Source of the DNA: Paragordius varius | Taxonomy: Eukaryota > Animalia > Nematomorpha | Length of the DNA: 64,000 nt | Assembly: GCA_964247055.1 (NCBI GenBank) | Contig: OZ176057.1 | Location: forward strand, 5,332,001 to 5,396,000 | Reading direction: 5' to 3' | Shown here: positions 21,904 through 35,544 of the stretch, piece after piece | How positions within the stretch are numbered: the first letter of the stretch is position 1 | How the letters are laid out: each line of letters begins with the position of its first letter | Position numbers and translations under genes: made by a program | The notes under the pieces: model-generated | The model's input: the letters and a program-made list of their open reading frames with translations, nothing else | What the model was told of the DNA's origin: nothing | The model's database searches: none

Positions 21904-24861
21904 TCAAATTATTATTTTATTAAACTATTTGTTTTTGAGTTTGATTCAGATTCGATGGAGAAACCAACAGTTATTTGATGTTGGGGCGAGCCAATACATT
22001 TGAGCGGAGTGCAAAATTCATACATACGGAGTTGAAGTGATTTATGAAGTGCCATATATAACACATTGGTAAGACATGTCCTAAGTCCACCATTGTAGGA
22101 CAAGGTTGAGGAATGTGGTGATTTTTTCAACGATCTTATATGATGGCGATTAGTATCTTGGCTAACATTCAAATTTAGGTTAAATATGTTGTTTGCCATG
22201 ATATTATTAGTGTTGTTATAATTAACAGAGTTTGGACGACCAGTTTGATTTTGATTTTCATTTTCTAAGGGTATTTTTAATAAATTTAAATTATTTATAT
22301 ATACACCTCTCTATCTGACAAAACAAATAAAAAGTATAAAGATTAATATATTTTGGTGTAAAGAAATTTATAAATTTAAGGATTTTTTTTCCTATAAAAT
22401 ACAATAACAAAATAAAACTATGTTTTCCCAATTTACAATGTCAAATCATATTCGCAACCCAATACAAAAATGTTAGATTTTTAGGGAAATCAACGTTACA
22501 AAAATATCTATATTATAAATAATGATAGTTTTAGTGCTTTGCCTTTATTGAATATTTCAATTTTTACTCTTCTGATGGTAACAAATAGATAAAAATTTAA
22601 TATTAAATTAAATTTAATATGGTTATTCAATTCATCTCTTTTCCATTTGTGAATATTATTTTAAAATGCATTCTTAAAAAATGAAAATGTGGTCAAAAAA
22701 ATAATTTTAACGTATAATTTTAACATAAACATATATTAAAATTCTATTTTTTTCTAATATTAAATATAATGTAAGGAAATTATATAGAAATTAAATATTA
22801 TACAAATTTAACGTAAAAAAATAAAGTATATTATAAAAAAATTATTATCTCAAAATAAAATTTGTCAATTATATAATTTACGCATTTGTTGTTTTTGTAG
22901 CATAATGGCAGTGTGTTTGACAACTTCAAACGTGCATAAATTTTGTTCTTTATCGGAATGCGTATTCATATTATTATTCATAGCCCGGGTTATAATAGTT
23001 TCCATAGGCCAAATTGAACATAAACCCTTGTTTTATATTTAGATAGTCATAAGATTAAAAAAATAAATTATACCGATAAAAACGTGAAAACCATAATCTT
23101 TTCACTTTTAATTAGATTCTATAAAAAACTATATATATATATATATATATACCATTTGCACTTCAAGAGTGTCTTTAAACACTTCAAAATTAGGTTATAT
23201 ACCATTTACAGTTCAAATTCACCCTTAAACAAATTAAATTTACCATCAAACAATTCAAATTCACCCTTGAACAATTCAATATCACCCTAAAAATAAATAA
23301 TGATTTTTTCGAACTAATATAACTCATTATTAATATAAAATATATCTTTATGGCATAGTTTATTATTTTTTTGATATTATTTTAATTTATAATTTTATTT
23401 TTCAAAAATATAAAAAAATATAGGTTTGTAATTTTAAAAAACATATTAAGGGAAATTTGGATTGTTCGAATGTGCATTTGAATTGTTTAAGGGTAAATTT
23501 GAATTGCAAATGGTATATATACCAAAAATTAAAGAAGTTTTAAAAAAGTATAGCTGACTGTTTAATAAATATAAAATATTTAAGTTTTTAAGTGTTGTTT
23601 TTATAATTTCAAGTGTTGATGTGTAATAAAACCTTTGATCTAAAAGCACAAGCGGTCCATCCTCACCCACCCCGTAAAGTAGAGCAGAATTTTCATGTAT
23701 AAAACCGGCTTTAACGAAATTTTTTTCACTGGAATTATTTAGGGTTATGATGGGATTTACATTGTTTTTGATGTTTGTTATATCATAGATTCGTATATAA
23801 TTGTAACCTTAATGGAAATTATTTGAAATGTGGAGAATATTAAAATTTTTTATAATCAAACAAATAAAATATATTTGTATGATTTAATTTATTAAAAGTT
23901 GCAAATAGCCACTTTAAATCCATGTTTAAACAAAATATATTTAAAGCAATTACCTAAAGCAGCCAGATATTTTTCGTCTGCCGAAAAAGAAATATTGTTA
24001 AATTGCTAAATAATTTAGATTATTAATTATATATATATATTTAAAGAAAAATATAAATTTTATGATATTACTGATTCCGGATGCTGTAAGGTGCAAAATG
24101 ATGGATTGGAATCCCCGATTTTTAATAATCTCATTTAATGATCATAGCCAGTCGTAGCAAAAAATTTTACCATTTCAGTATGAGTATAAATATTGCCAAT
24201 TTTTTCCACATATGTCATATGAGATACGATAACCGCTAAGAATACTGCTGAGCAAGATATAACAAAACAACAGCTTAATTTCCTAATTTTCATGGGTTTT
24301 TTTAAAACAAAAAACAGGTAAAATTTTTATTCAGCTTCTTATAATGTTTTATAAAAATCAAAGTTTCAAAGGTAATAGGGTTAAGTGTTACTTTTTAGTT
24401 TTAATTGAGGTTGTTCCAAAGGATTCATTAAATTAAAAAAATCCAAAAATTTTCATAATTGTGATTGCGTCCACTTACACAAATAACCAATCTACAATAT
24501 AGTTTATATTTGTATTAAATCAAGAACAAAATTTTATTTTATTTGGTATTTCTTAATAAATCAAAGTTTCAATTTAATAATTGGTAAATGAGGTTCGTAC
24601 AAAGGAATTATTAAATTAAAAAAGGAAAAATTTTCATAATTGTGATTGCGTCGACTTACAAAAATACAATCTACAAGATGTTTTATATTTTTTGGAGTAT
24701 AAAGTTTAAAAATGATATAAATTTAAATTTTATGTTGTATATATGTTAGTAACACTATAGAAAGGCAATATTTTTACATTTCGTTTAAGATTTACTATAT
24801 TATAATATTTCTTATTTTTAAAGAGTCAGACCGCAGTTTTTTTATTTTTTACGGTCAACAC

Positions 24862-27800
24862 CTAACCCAACCTTATATATCTACACATGTAAAGCATACC
24901 AGTAATGAGATTGAAAGCATCATGAGATAGTAATGTTCTCATATAATAATCAGATTTTTGAGCAGCTACGTTGTTTGCAATACTTGAATTATTTATTAAA
25001 TGGTTATTTCTTTGTTTCGATAAATTCTCCATGCCGTTATCTCCGATATTCGACGGTGTGTTTTCAGTTTTTATACATTTGCAGGCTAATCGAAGCCCTA
25101 AAAGAACTGCAGGATCAAATTGTGTGAAACAAAGCCATTGTCTTAATCTTAATCGCGTGGAAAAAATGTCAGTTAACATTGAATGTCGTACATTATGTGT
25201 TAAATAAGTCAGATTTTTGTTGGGTGGAAAAACTTTGCGAGGGTCAACGCTGATTTTAAAACGTCATTCCTTAAATGACTAGGTATTGATATTTGTTGTG
25301 TTGTTTTAGCTAAGAAAGGTGTATCATCACCAATTATGTACGTAGCTTTTATAAACTTATCGTGTTTTTTAATGCTTTTTTGTGTAAATTCTTTACCAAT
25401 ATCTTCCTGCATCAATTCACATGCGATAGAGGGGATACTTTGCGTGAATCTCAAGGGATAATGGAATGTATTTGTTGATTTAACCGGTTTTTGATTATAA
25501 GTTTCATTTATATCATCCAATATTGGCCGTTTTTCATCGGTTGACAAAAAATCCTCAGTCGACGTGCTACTATAATGCGTGTAATGATCAAAAAATTGAA
25601 TTTTTGCTGTTTCGTAGATCAGCCTGTTGTGGATGATAAGGTGAATACAGGTTATTTGTCCGTGTATCTTGTATTTTACTTGGCAACGTAGCAAATTATC
25701 CTATAAAAATTATTTAATTTAAATAGTAAAATTATATTTATTTGTGTGATACCACAATTAACATCACACTATTTTATACGTTGTTGCAGTTTAAAACAAT
25801 GATGAGTTAATTTTAACATTATCAAAAATTTAAAGAGTATATGGTTTTCTTTTACCAAAAAAAATATAAGTTTAATTTACATGTGTCCGTATAATTTCTT
25901 TTACAACTGAATATAGACACATAATAACGAAAATTTTATAAAAAAAAGATGGGCCAATTTTTTCACAAAACATATATCTCAAATAAATTTAAAAAAATTA
26001 AACTTGACATAACAGACTTAGTAGCATATTTCTCGCCATTCAAGTGCTTTTTTGTTAAAACAGCCCCATAAGTGTGATGATGTATATCTGAATTATTAAA
26101 ATAGCTATCTGTCGGATATTTTTTGTTTGTTGAGAAAATGATTTTCCGTACGACTATGGATTCGTGATTGATTAATAGTTTGAAGTCTTGGATCTAAGGG
26201 CGGTAGTTTATGGTCTAATGATTGTTGCATTTTTTCATTGGGATATCGTTCTTGGAAAAATTGATCAGATTTTTGGCTCTTTTGATTAGATCGTCGCCCC
26301 TGTTTTTGACTGGCTGGCTGATGTGGCTTTATTATATCTTTTAAAAGAAAGAAGAACCTTTTACGAATTATAAATTGGCGTGTGCAGAATGAGAGGAGTG
26401 GTATTGAGAATTTCAGGGTGTACATATAAAGGACAAAACACAAAAACGAAAGTATAGAATGACATAGGAAACGTTACAGAAAATATAATTAACATTCATG
26501 AATACTATTTATCTCTAATAATCATGTATAATTGTGTTTGTTTAGTCTTTTTATATTGTTTTATTTAAACTCTCCATATTCTATAATTTATATATTTCAT
26601 ATGTTAAAAAGTTGTCATAACAATATAAAAATAATTATGACAATAACGCGTACGAAACAGAAAATCCGCTTTAACACAAAAGACACAAAACATTTATCCA
26701 TAAAAATCATTTTCTAAATGAGTTATGAAAAAAATTATCTTAAACTATTTAACTTATGATGAATCTAATTCAATTTAGGATATATATAAAGCTACCAATA
26801 CTTGATAATCAGTAGTAATTTTAAAAAAGGTAAAGAAGGAATACAAAGGAGATTCAGTAAGAATCCGGGAATGGTTTATTGATACAAATAATTTAAAAAA
26901 AACAGAATCAATTTTTTTTATTTCTCAAAAAAATGTAAATTAAGGAGTTTTTTAAATCAAAATAATTTTGTTAAAAGTATAACTAAAATTATAATAAAAG
27001 ACATGCATCTAAATATTTCATATATAACAAATATTTATCTTACCAATAAATTTTGGAATATATATATATATATATAATATAAATGTTGATTACTTACCGT
27101 GTTTTATGTATATTGTTGGGTAGATTCTTTACCAATATCTTTCTGCATCAATTCACATGCAATAGAGGGGATACTTTGCGTTGATCTCAAGGGATAATTG
27201 AATGTATTTGTTGTTTGAACCAGTTTACGGGTTGATTAAAAGTTTCATTGTACATATTATAAGATATTGGCCGTTGATCTGACAAAAAATCTTCAGTCGG
27301 GGTACTATAATGTGTGTAATGATTAAAAAATTCAAATTTTTCTGGTTGTTCGTCAATATAACTTTCTTGGTTACATTGTGCCATGCTGTTCACTTCCAAA
27401 TCAAGGCAAAATACTAAATAAACTTTAGAAAACTACCTAAATTTTGCCCTTGACATAAGATATCCATTTTAAAATAATTAAAACCTCGTCTCAAATATTT
27501 ATCTGACATAAGTGAATATGTGAGTTTCATGTGCAAGCTTTTCACCTGGATAAGTTGATAATTTTTTTAAATTATATTCCGATTGCTAAAAATATAAAAC
27601 AATAATTGCATATAAGTTTTCCATTTAAATATATTTTTATATATTAAAAGGCAAATTCGGGTTTTTTACCATTTATACGATTTTCAAATGTTTTTGCAAT
27701 ATTGCGTCCAATTTTTTGAAATAGTAGGTTATCTTCAACTTGTTATAAGCATTTGCAAAGTCACTTAAATTTAAATATATTGAGCAAAATCTTATAGTTT

Positions 27801-28308
27801 AGTGTATATATATTACATTAAAATTTGCTTCCAAATTTTATATCATAGTAAAAGCACATAAATTAAAAAATGCAAGTTGTTATTATATTTTATAAAGATG
27901 GAAAATATAATTTTGTTAGTAAAATTATTGTTTGATACAAAGATTTTATTTTCCGTAATCTATACAATAATTAGTATAAAATTTTGATATGGCAACTTTA
28001 TTTCAATTTAGTAATATGCATGAAAATATTTTAACTGATATATTAATTGATTTAAATATCTGCTATTAAGCTTAAACTTGATCAAATATTTATGGGAAAA
28101 ATTCGCGAGGACCGTAGCCAAATAATTACAGCAAATCAAAAATAGCAATGTTATCAACTGCCAAATATTTAACATTAGGGTGCAATTTTTAAAAGAGCTT
28201 AAACTTTATTAAACAATATTATATCCAATTCTCTTTAACTTATTTAATAAACTTGCAAAATTGCATCACCATATCCTTAAAGACTAATATTTTGTCTCGC
28301 AACTCTCT
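24862..28308 (-). pseudogene. Unit 2 copy of the PDE-like frameshifted gene
   Basis: Near-identical to 1744-5190, with the same lesions. Confidence 0.45.
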
Positions 28309-31300
28309 TATGTCTCTGCTATATTTTTTAAAAATACAAAAATATACTTTTTATATTGGTCTGAAGGCATATATAAATTTTTATAAACATTTTTTAAATT
28401 CTATTGCTTGAATATATTTGAATAAAATGCGTGGGTCTCGGCCTGCTTCGCAGCCCGAGGAAGTCCTGCGGACTTCTTTAAGAAAATGAACCAACTCCAA
28501 TCCCTCACCCTAACCCTAGCCCAAACTCGAAATCCTTAATGTACTTTACCCGCGTTTGAAAAATAAAAATTTTGTTTAATCAAAAACCTTTTATCTATAC
28601 AAAGGATATATTGGGTAAATTCTTTACACATAATAAATTGATAGTTATAATAAATTAATTTACCAATTAATAAATTTAAATTATACGTTAAAATATATCC
28701 ATTCCTAAATTATATTTTATTAAAATTACTCATATTGTTGTCAAAATAAATATACCTTGAAAATTTAGCATTTTGTTACATATGAAAACTGGAAATTAAC
28801 ATTGAACATAACTCATTATAATTTTACACCTTGAATTTTAACTTATAGTATTTAGCTTTTTGACATTTATAATTTATATTTCTCCCTATACATAAATAAT
28901 TTAGTAATATTTATAAACGAATTTCTACTTTTAAACCATAAGTGGTCTGGTTTGGAACAAACATCCTCATTTCAATAAATAAATTTTACCAATAAATCAA
29001 AATAAAAAATTACCCTTATATGTAATATAAACATTTTTAAATTTAAGAACTAATCAAAAAAAGCAGATATTAATATTGAAATAGCAGGTTAAGTATTAAG
29101 CAAAATTCGGTCCTAAAAAATATATAATAATTTATTTCTTACAGCTAGAAAACTGTTTTATCCATAGCTCTTTTTTACTTAAACTAACTCAGATCTCTTG
29201 GTAATAATAAATTAAGACTTTTTCCTAACTACTATTATCAAACACATTTTGCTTAAGTTAAGTTCAAAATTCTTCGTGAGATAAGTCTTATTTAACATAA
29301 ATATACTATTAAATATATATATAGTTTGGTTATGAACTACTAACATTTTTTTATAAATATATATAGGAAACTTATATTTTAATTATTACAAAACCAATAA
29401 TTTTAAAACGAAATGCGTGGGTCTCGGTCTGCTTCGCAGCCCGAGGAAGTCCTGCGGACTTCTTTAAGAAAATGAACCAACTCCAATCCATCACCCTAAC
29501 CCTAGCCCACAAACTCGAAATCCTTAAAGTAGTTTAACCGCGTTCGAAAAATTAAAATTTTCTTTAATCAAAAATTATTTTTGTTTAAAGGATATATTAG
29601 GTAAATTTTATACATATAGTAAATTGATAGTTAAAATAAAAATTAAAATCAGTTACCGAAAAATAATTATAAATTTGACGCTAAAACATATCCTTACCTA
29701 ATTTATATTTAATTTCAAAAATTAACCTTATTGTTTTCAATAAAAACTATGCCATAAAAACTTAGCATTTCACATAAATGCTTTTTAAACTGCAAATTAA
29801 CATTGAAAATAATTTATTATAAGTTTTAACCTTGATTAGATATTATAACTTATAGTATTGCGATAGTTTGTTATACAGAATTCATATTTCTCCCTCAAAA
29901 CAATTTTAATTTACAAATATTTTAAAAATAATATATGCTGCATATTTATAATATAATGTACATAGTTATTAGTAATATTTATAAATGAATTTCAACTTTT
30001 AAACCATAAGTGGTCTGGTTTGGAACAAATCCTTATTTCAAAAAATAAATTTTTTAATTAAGTATCAAAATAAATTAAATATTTTTAAATACGAGAATGA
30101 ATCAAATAAAAAAGATAAAATTAATATTGAATTAGCAGGAAATATTAAGCAATCGGTACTAAAAAATATATAATATAATATTTCTTAGAACTAGATAAAT
30201 GTTTTATATATCCCTCTTTTTTACTGAAACTAACTCAGATCTATAACTTTTAGTCAAATAATTAACTCAAGTCGTACTCCCGAACACATTTTGCTTGGGT
30301 TAAGATTAAAATTCTTCTTAAGACAAGTCTTATTTAACATAAATATACCATTAAATATGTATAGTTTAGTTATAAATTACCAACATTTTTTTCATAAATA
30401 TAGATAAGGTACCTTCAAATTATAATTACAAAACCAATATATTTTAACAGGAAATGCATGGGTCTCGGTCTGCTTCGCGAAAATGAACCAACTCCAATCC
30501 CTCACCCTAACCCTGGCCCACAAACTTGAAAACCCTTATATAATTCTATCTGTGTATATTTAAATAATTGACAACCATATAACCAAAATTTTAGTTCGGT
30601 TTTACAATTTTAGAGTATAATGATGAATGCTTATTGTTGAAAAAGTCTTCCAGATAAAAATATTAATAACCTTGTTTAAAAAACGATAGGAACTAATATT
30701 AATTCATGCTTGTTAATCATAAAACCATTCAATATTATCGCATTTTGCCCAACTCCTTTATTAAAATAGATGGAATTAGTTTAAATTTAGTTTAGGTTTC
30801 ATTAATTAATAATTGATAAATTTTCATAAATAACTGATTATTAAGTTACTTATTTCCATATAGTATAAATGCATTTTTAACTCTTAAAGTATATGTCATA
30901 ATATTTGATTAATTTTAATGATTTATTCATGAAAATAAAAGTCAACGTTTGGAATTAATCTTTTTAACAAGTAGTTAATGATTACTGGAATATACAAGAA
31001 TCGATATTATATTAAATAAAAGTTAAATTAAATCTTAATATTTATAACTTATTTTGAGGAAAATTTAAACGTAGATCGCTTGAAATCTTAATAGACCGAA
31101 ATTGAAATAAACTAATTTCCTTATATATATTAAACCAAATGTTTAATAATCTAGAATTAGTTCTAGAGGTAATAATTTTTTTAAATAATTAATAATTTGT
31201 TTGTTTTAGATATGCTAATAATCAGCCCATATTTGAAACATATTGCCAATTAAATTTAAAGTTTTAAAAATAAAATTGCAGATATAGAAATATAATAATA

Positions 31301-34300
31301 ATTAGCTACAATTTAATTAGAATTAATTATGTTCTAAATTATTTTTGAGATGTTTAGAATATCAAACTTATTACGTAATAATTTATTAATTACAATAATT
31401 TAAAATATTTTTTAGATTAATAAAATTATTATTTAATACCTAATATATATAAAATTATTTAAGAATTATTTCAGACAATTTAATTAGAAATAATTTTGTA
31501 TTGTAAATTCATTTTGAATCTAAAACTTATTACGTAATAATTTAATAAACTACATATATATAGTTGATTTATTAACAATATAGAATTAATTTTATTAATA
31601 ATATATGTTAAAATTATTTGAGACAATCTAATTAAAATTAATTATTTCCTAAATTATTTTTGATATATTTTTAATCTATAACTCATCATGTAATAAATAT
31701 AATATAATCTAAAATATTTCCTAAATATATATAATTTAATTTATTTAATCCCTAATAAATATATATATATTTTTAAATTATTTAAATTATTTTAACTTAA
31801 ATTTCTTTTTTCACAAATTTATTAATTTATTTACTTGTTACTTTATTTTGTTTATTCCAATATTCCCTTAATCCTAAATACTAAGACATATGTATACTGA
31901 ATGATACACATAAAAATATTTAACATTGTAATATTGCACATAAAAGGGGGGGATAAAATAAAATGTATGTGAAACAATGTTGCACAACACATAATAAACA
32001 AAAACAAGAAAAGGGAAATAAAGTGTACGTGCGCGATTTTTCTAGAAGGGGGGAGAAAAGGCATGCAAATGCGAACACATTGTTTAAGATGCACGTGTTC
32101 TTTCTTCCCCCCCCCCCCTACACATATATAAAGACAAAAAATATTTTTAATTTTATTTTTTTAAATTCTTTTTTGCAAATTTACATTTGTTGGATAGAAT
32201 GTATTCCAGTGCTTTTCCTCTTATGCAATTCAATGTACCAACATGGATGGATTATTTTATCATTAAAGTAAAATTAAATTCTATTTAATTTTAGATTACA
32301 CTCAATATGCAAATCAAACAGGAAATGGTGAAACCGATTATATTTTAAATGATTTCCGGTAAATAAATTTGTTATTAATTATTTAAGATTAATTCAAAGT
32401 TTAAAGAACAATGTACAGTGAAAACATGTTGAGACTGATTGTGTAACCGAAATGGGAAATTGAACTATTGCCATTTAGCCTAATTAATTCTGGTAAGTTT
32501 CGCATGTTTTGTCTATTTCATTTAAAATACTTTGTTAGATGGCATTAAAATATGTTCAGAGTAGAAGAACACTATTATTGATTGCCTTAAAAAGTTAAGA
32601 GATGTTTTTATATTTTCTTGCTTTTGCCCAAAAAATTGGTTATATCTTGGAAATTTTTAACAATGTCTCTAGATTTTATTAATTTACTCTACTTGTAAGA
32701 ATAAATGGCTAATAATTGTTACATATTTCTACGAATTTTTTTAAATTTATTTTTTCGATAAAGGAAGTTAACCTAAAAAGGTTAACACATGTTACCATTT
32801 TTATTGAGGAGTTTTCTCGATTAATTATAATTTTTTTAATTTACTCTACTTGTACAAATAGATGGCTTATAATTTAACATAATTTTGTTTTTCTTTTGGA
32901 AACTTAATTTATTTTTTCGATATAGGAAGTTAACCTAAAAAGGTGAACACATGTTACCATTTTTATTGAGGAGTTTTCTCGATTAATTATAATTTTTTTA
33001 ATTTACTCTACTTGTACAAATAGATGGCTTATAATTTAACATAATTTTGTTTTTCTTTTGGAAACTTAATTTATTTTTTCGATATAGGAAGTTAACCTAA
33101 AAAGGTGAACACATGTTACCATTTATATTGAGTATTTTTTCTGGAAATTTTTAACAATGTCTAGATTTTTTTAATTTACTCTACTTGTAAGAATTAATGG
33201 CAATAATTATTACATATTTTTAGCAATTTTTAATCTTGTAAACTTTCAAATTTTATTATTTTTTGTTAAGGGAAGTTTAACTAAAAAGGTTAACACATGT
33301 TACCATTTATATTGAGGCGTATATTATAGCAGCACTGCAAGTATCCACCTAAAGAAGAACCAAATAAATGTCTATTTATTATTTATATTGAATTGGTGAA
33401 TATTTTTTTATTCTTGGAAATTGTTTCTGTTTTGTTTAATTTTGTTTCAGCGTGTTGAATAATAATTTTCTTTACCTAAGAAAATCAATTTATACTTGTT
33501 AAATATAAAATATTTTAGAAATGAATTTCTTTATTTAAAAAATCACCAGAATTAAAAAATTTTGAAAAAAAATGAATAAAAATTATTTGAAATGCTAAAT
33601 CTTATGAAGTTGTTAAAAATGTTCAAAGGTGTTAAAAAATTACTAAAAACAATTCTCGAAAACTCTTGTAAACCCAATTTTTTACTCTAAAATGGCTCTA
33701 AAATTCTTTTAAAAATAAAAGAATGTTAAAAAGTATTAAAACTTCCTAATCTAATATCCCTAATATTTCTTGAAACGAAGTCCTGAACTTTAAAAAGCGG
33801 TAAAATTCCTTAAATTTTTTTAGCGCTAAATTTTTAATTTCTAGAAAAGCAGTAAAATGACTAAAAACCGGTAGGATTATTTAAGAACTTTTTTCAAAGG
33901 CAAAAATTACCTAAAGATTTAAAAAATAGCAAATAATCTTTTAAAAAAACGCTAAAATTCTTACTAAAATCAAAAATGCCAAAATTCTTTAAAAAAGCGT
34001 AAATTTTATTTTTAAATTTACAAACTGCGAAAATTTCCTAAAAAACCGATATTTATCGTTAAAAACCGCTAAAATTCTAAAAAGGCTAAAACTCTTTATT
34101 ATTCGCAAAGGACAAAAATTACTTTTAATTCTAAAGCAGTAAAAATCTTTAGAAATTGCTAATATCTCTAAAAATCATCTGAAGAGGCTAATTTTCCAAA
34201 ACCTATTAGAATCCTTTAAAAAATTATGATTATTTTTTTTAAATCTAATAAACAAGCGATGAAATTTAAAAACAGCTTAAAACTCTAGAAAACGCCGAAT

Positions 34301-35544
34301 CTTAAACATTTAAAATTTTTTAAAAATGGCAATTTCATTTTTAAATAATTTTTTAAAAACCATTTAAATTCTTTGAAAAGCGATATTTAATTGTTCATTT
34401 CTATAAAAAAAGTAGAAAATTGCTTTAAATTCGCTAAAATGGCTGAAATTGTTTAACAACCGCTAAAACATTCTAAAAATCGTTAAAATTTTCTAAAACT
34501 CCTTAAAAACCGCTAAAACACTTTAAAACTCGCTAAAAACTCTTTAAGAAGCGCTAGAATTTTTAAAAATTGCTAAAAAAAATTTTAATTAAAAAAACGC
34601 GCTGAAATTCGCTAAAAATTGCTAAATTTTTTAAATCCGCTCAAAATCTCTTAAAACCGCTAAAATTGTTTAAACAAGCATAAATATTCTTTTTAAATCC
34701 AAAAAATGGCTTGAAATTTCCTAAAAACCGCTAAAATTTTCCAAAAACCGCTAAAACTATCTAAAAAGTCTATTTCTTTAAAATTATTCTTAAAACCGCT
34801 AAAATTTTTAGAAAAATTGATAAAACTCCTTTTAAATCAAAAAAATGTGCTTGTATTTTTTAAAACCGCTGAAATTCTCTAAAAATCGCTAAAATTTTTT
34901 AAAAAACGTAAAAATGTTCTTTTAAAATCGCTAAAATTATTAAATAATCGGTAAAATTCTTTAAAAAAGCCTAAATATCCTTTTTAAATCAAAAAATGCG
35001 CTGAAATTCTCTAAAAATTGCTAAAATTTCCTTAAAACCGCTAAATCTTTCTAAAAACCGATAAAATGTTTAAACAAGCGTAAATATTCCTTGTAAATCA
35101 AAAATGCACTGAAAATGCTTAACAATCGCTAAAACTTTCTAAAAACGGCCTAAATTTTTTTAAAACCGCTTACAGTTGTTTTTATTAATCATATGTTTTA
35201 ATTAATTAATCAGTTGTTTTAACTAATCAGTTGTTTTAAGTAATCAGTGTTCTTAATTAATCAGTTGTTTTAATTAATCAGTTGTTTTAATTAATCAGTT
35301 GTTTTAATTAATCAGTTGTTTTAATTAATCAGTTGTTTTAATTAATCAGCTGTTTTAATTAATCAGTTGTTTTATTGTTTTAATTAATCAGTGTTCTTAA
35401 TTAATCAGTTGTTTTAATTAATCAGTTTTAATTAATCAGTTGTTTTAATTAATCAGCTGCTTAATTTATCAGTATTTATTAACTTATTAATCATTTTTAT
35501 TAATCATTTGTTATTATTATGTGATTTTATTCATAAGTTGTTTC

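Larger units (their letters stand above)
1..23118. repeat. Tandem segmental duplication, unit 1 (window starts mid-unit; boundary arbitrary)
   Basis: Identical ORF-track proteins recur at a constant offset of 23118 (328/23446, 1744/24862, 2091/25209, 2987/26105, 8734/31852). Confidence 0.97.
18668..24218 (-). pseudogene. lst8: LST8 pseudogene copy A, spanning the unit 1/2 junction
   Basis: 5' exons as in the first copy (+23118; TAA at 24135-24137). 3' exons: one ending 21446 (QYVLNCSFSPDAK), 20762-20871 (YVATCTDKGQTLVWRN), 19154-19327 (GCWKLEHPAVNKWVWCSRF..YLLT), 18668-18789 (ACSDGKARLW..KEYSGHRKAIICMDIL*). All are phase-compatible and match remembered mLST8 YALQCRFSPD..LATCSADQTCKIW, GWMWGCAF..TASSDNLARLW..REYGGHQKAVVCL. 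Middle exons (22264-21912, ~23026-22870) uncertain. Confidence 0.88.

Noticed and set aside
23119-32300. Unit 2 left half as a pure assembly artefact
   Set aside because: It has scattered substitutions and indels versus unit 1 (e.g. near 2750-2860 vs 25860-25980) and an extra 165-bp repeat copy further on; real duplication is more likely, though allelic haplotypes joined in tandem are not fully excluded.
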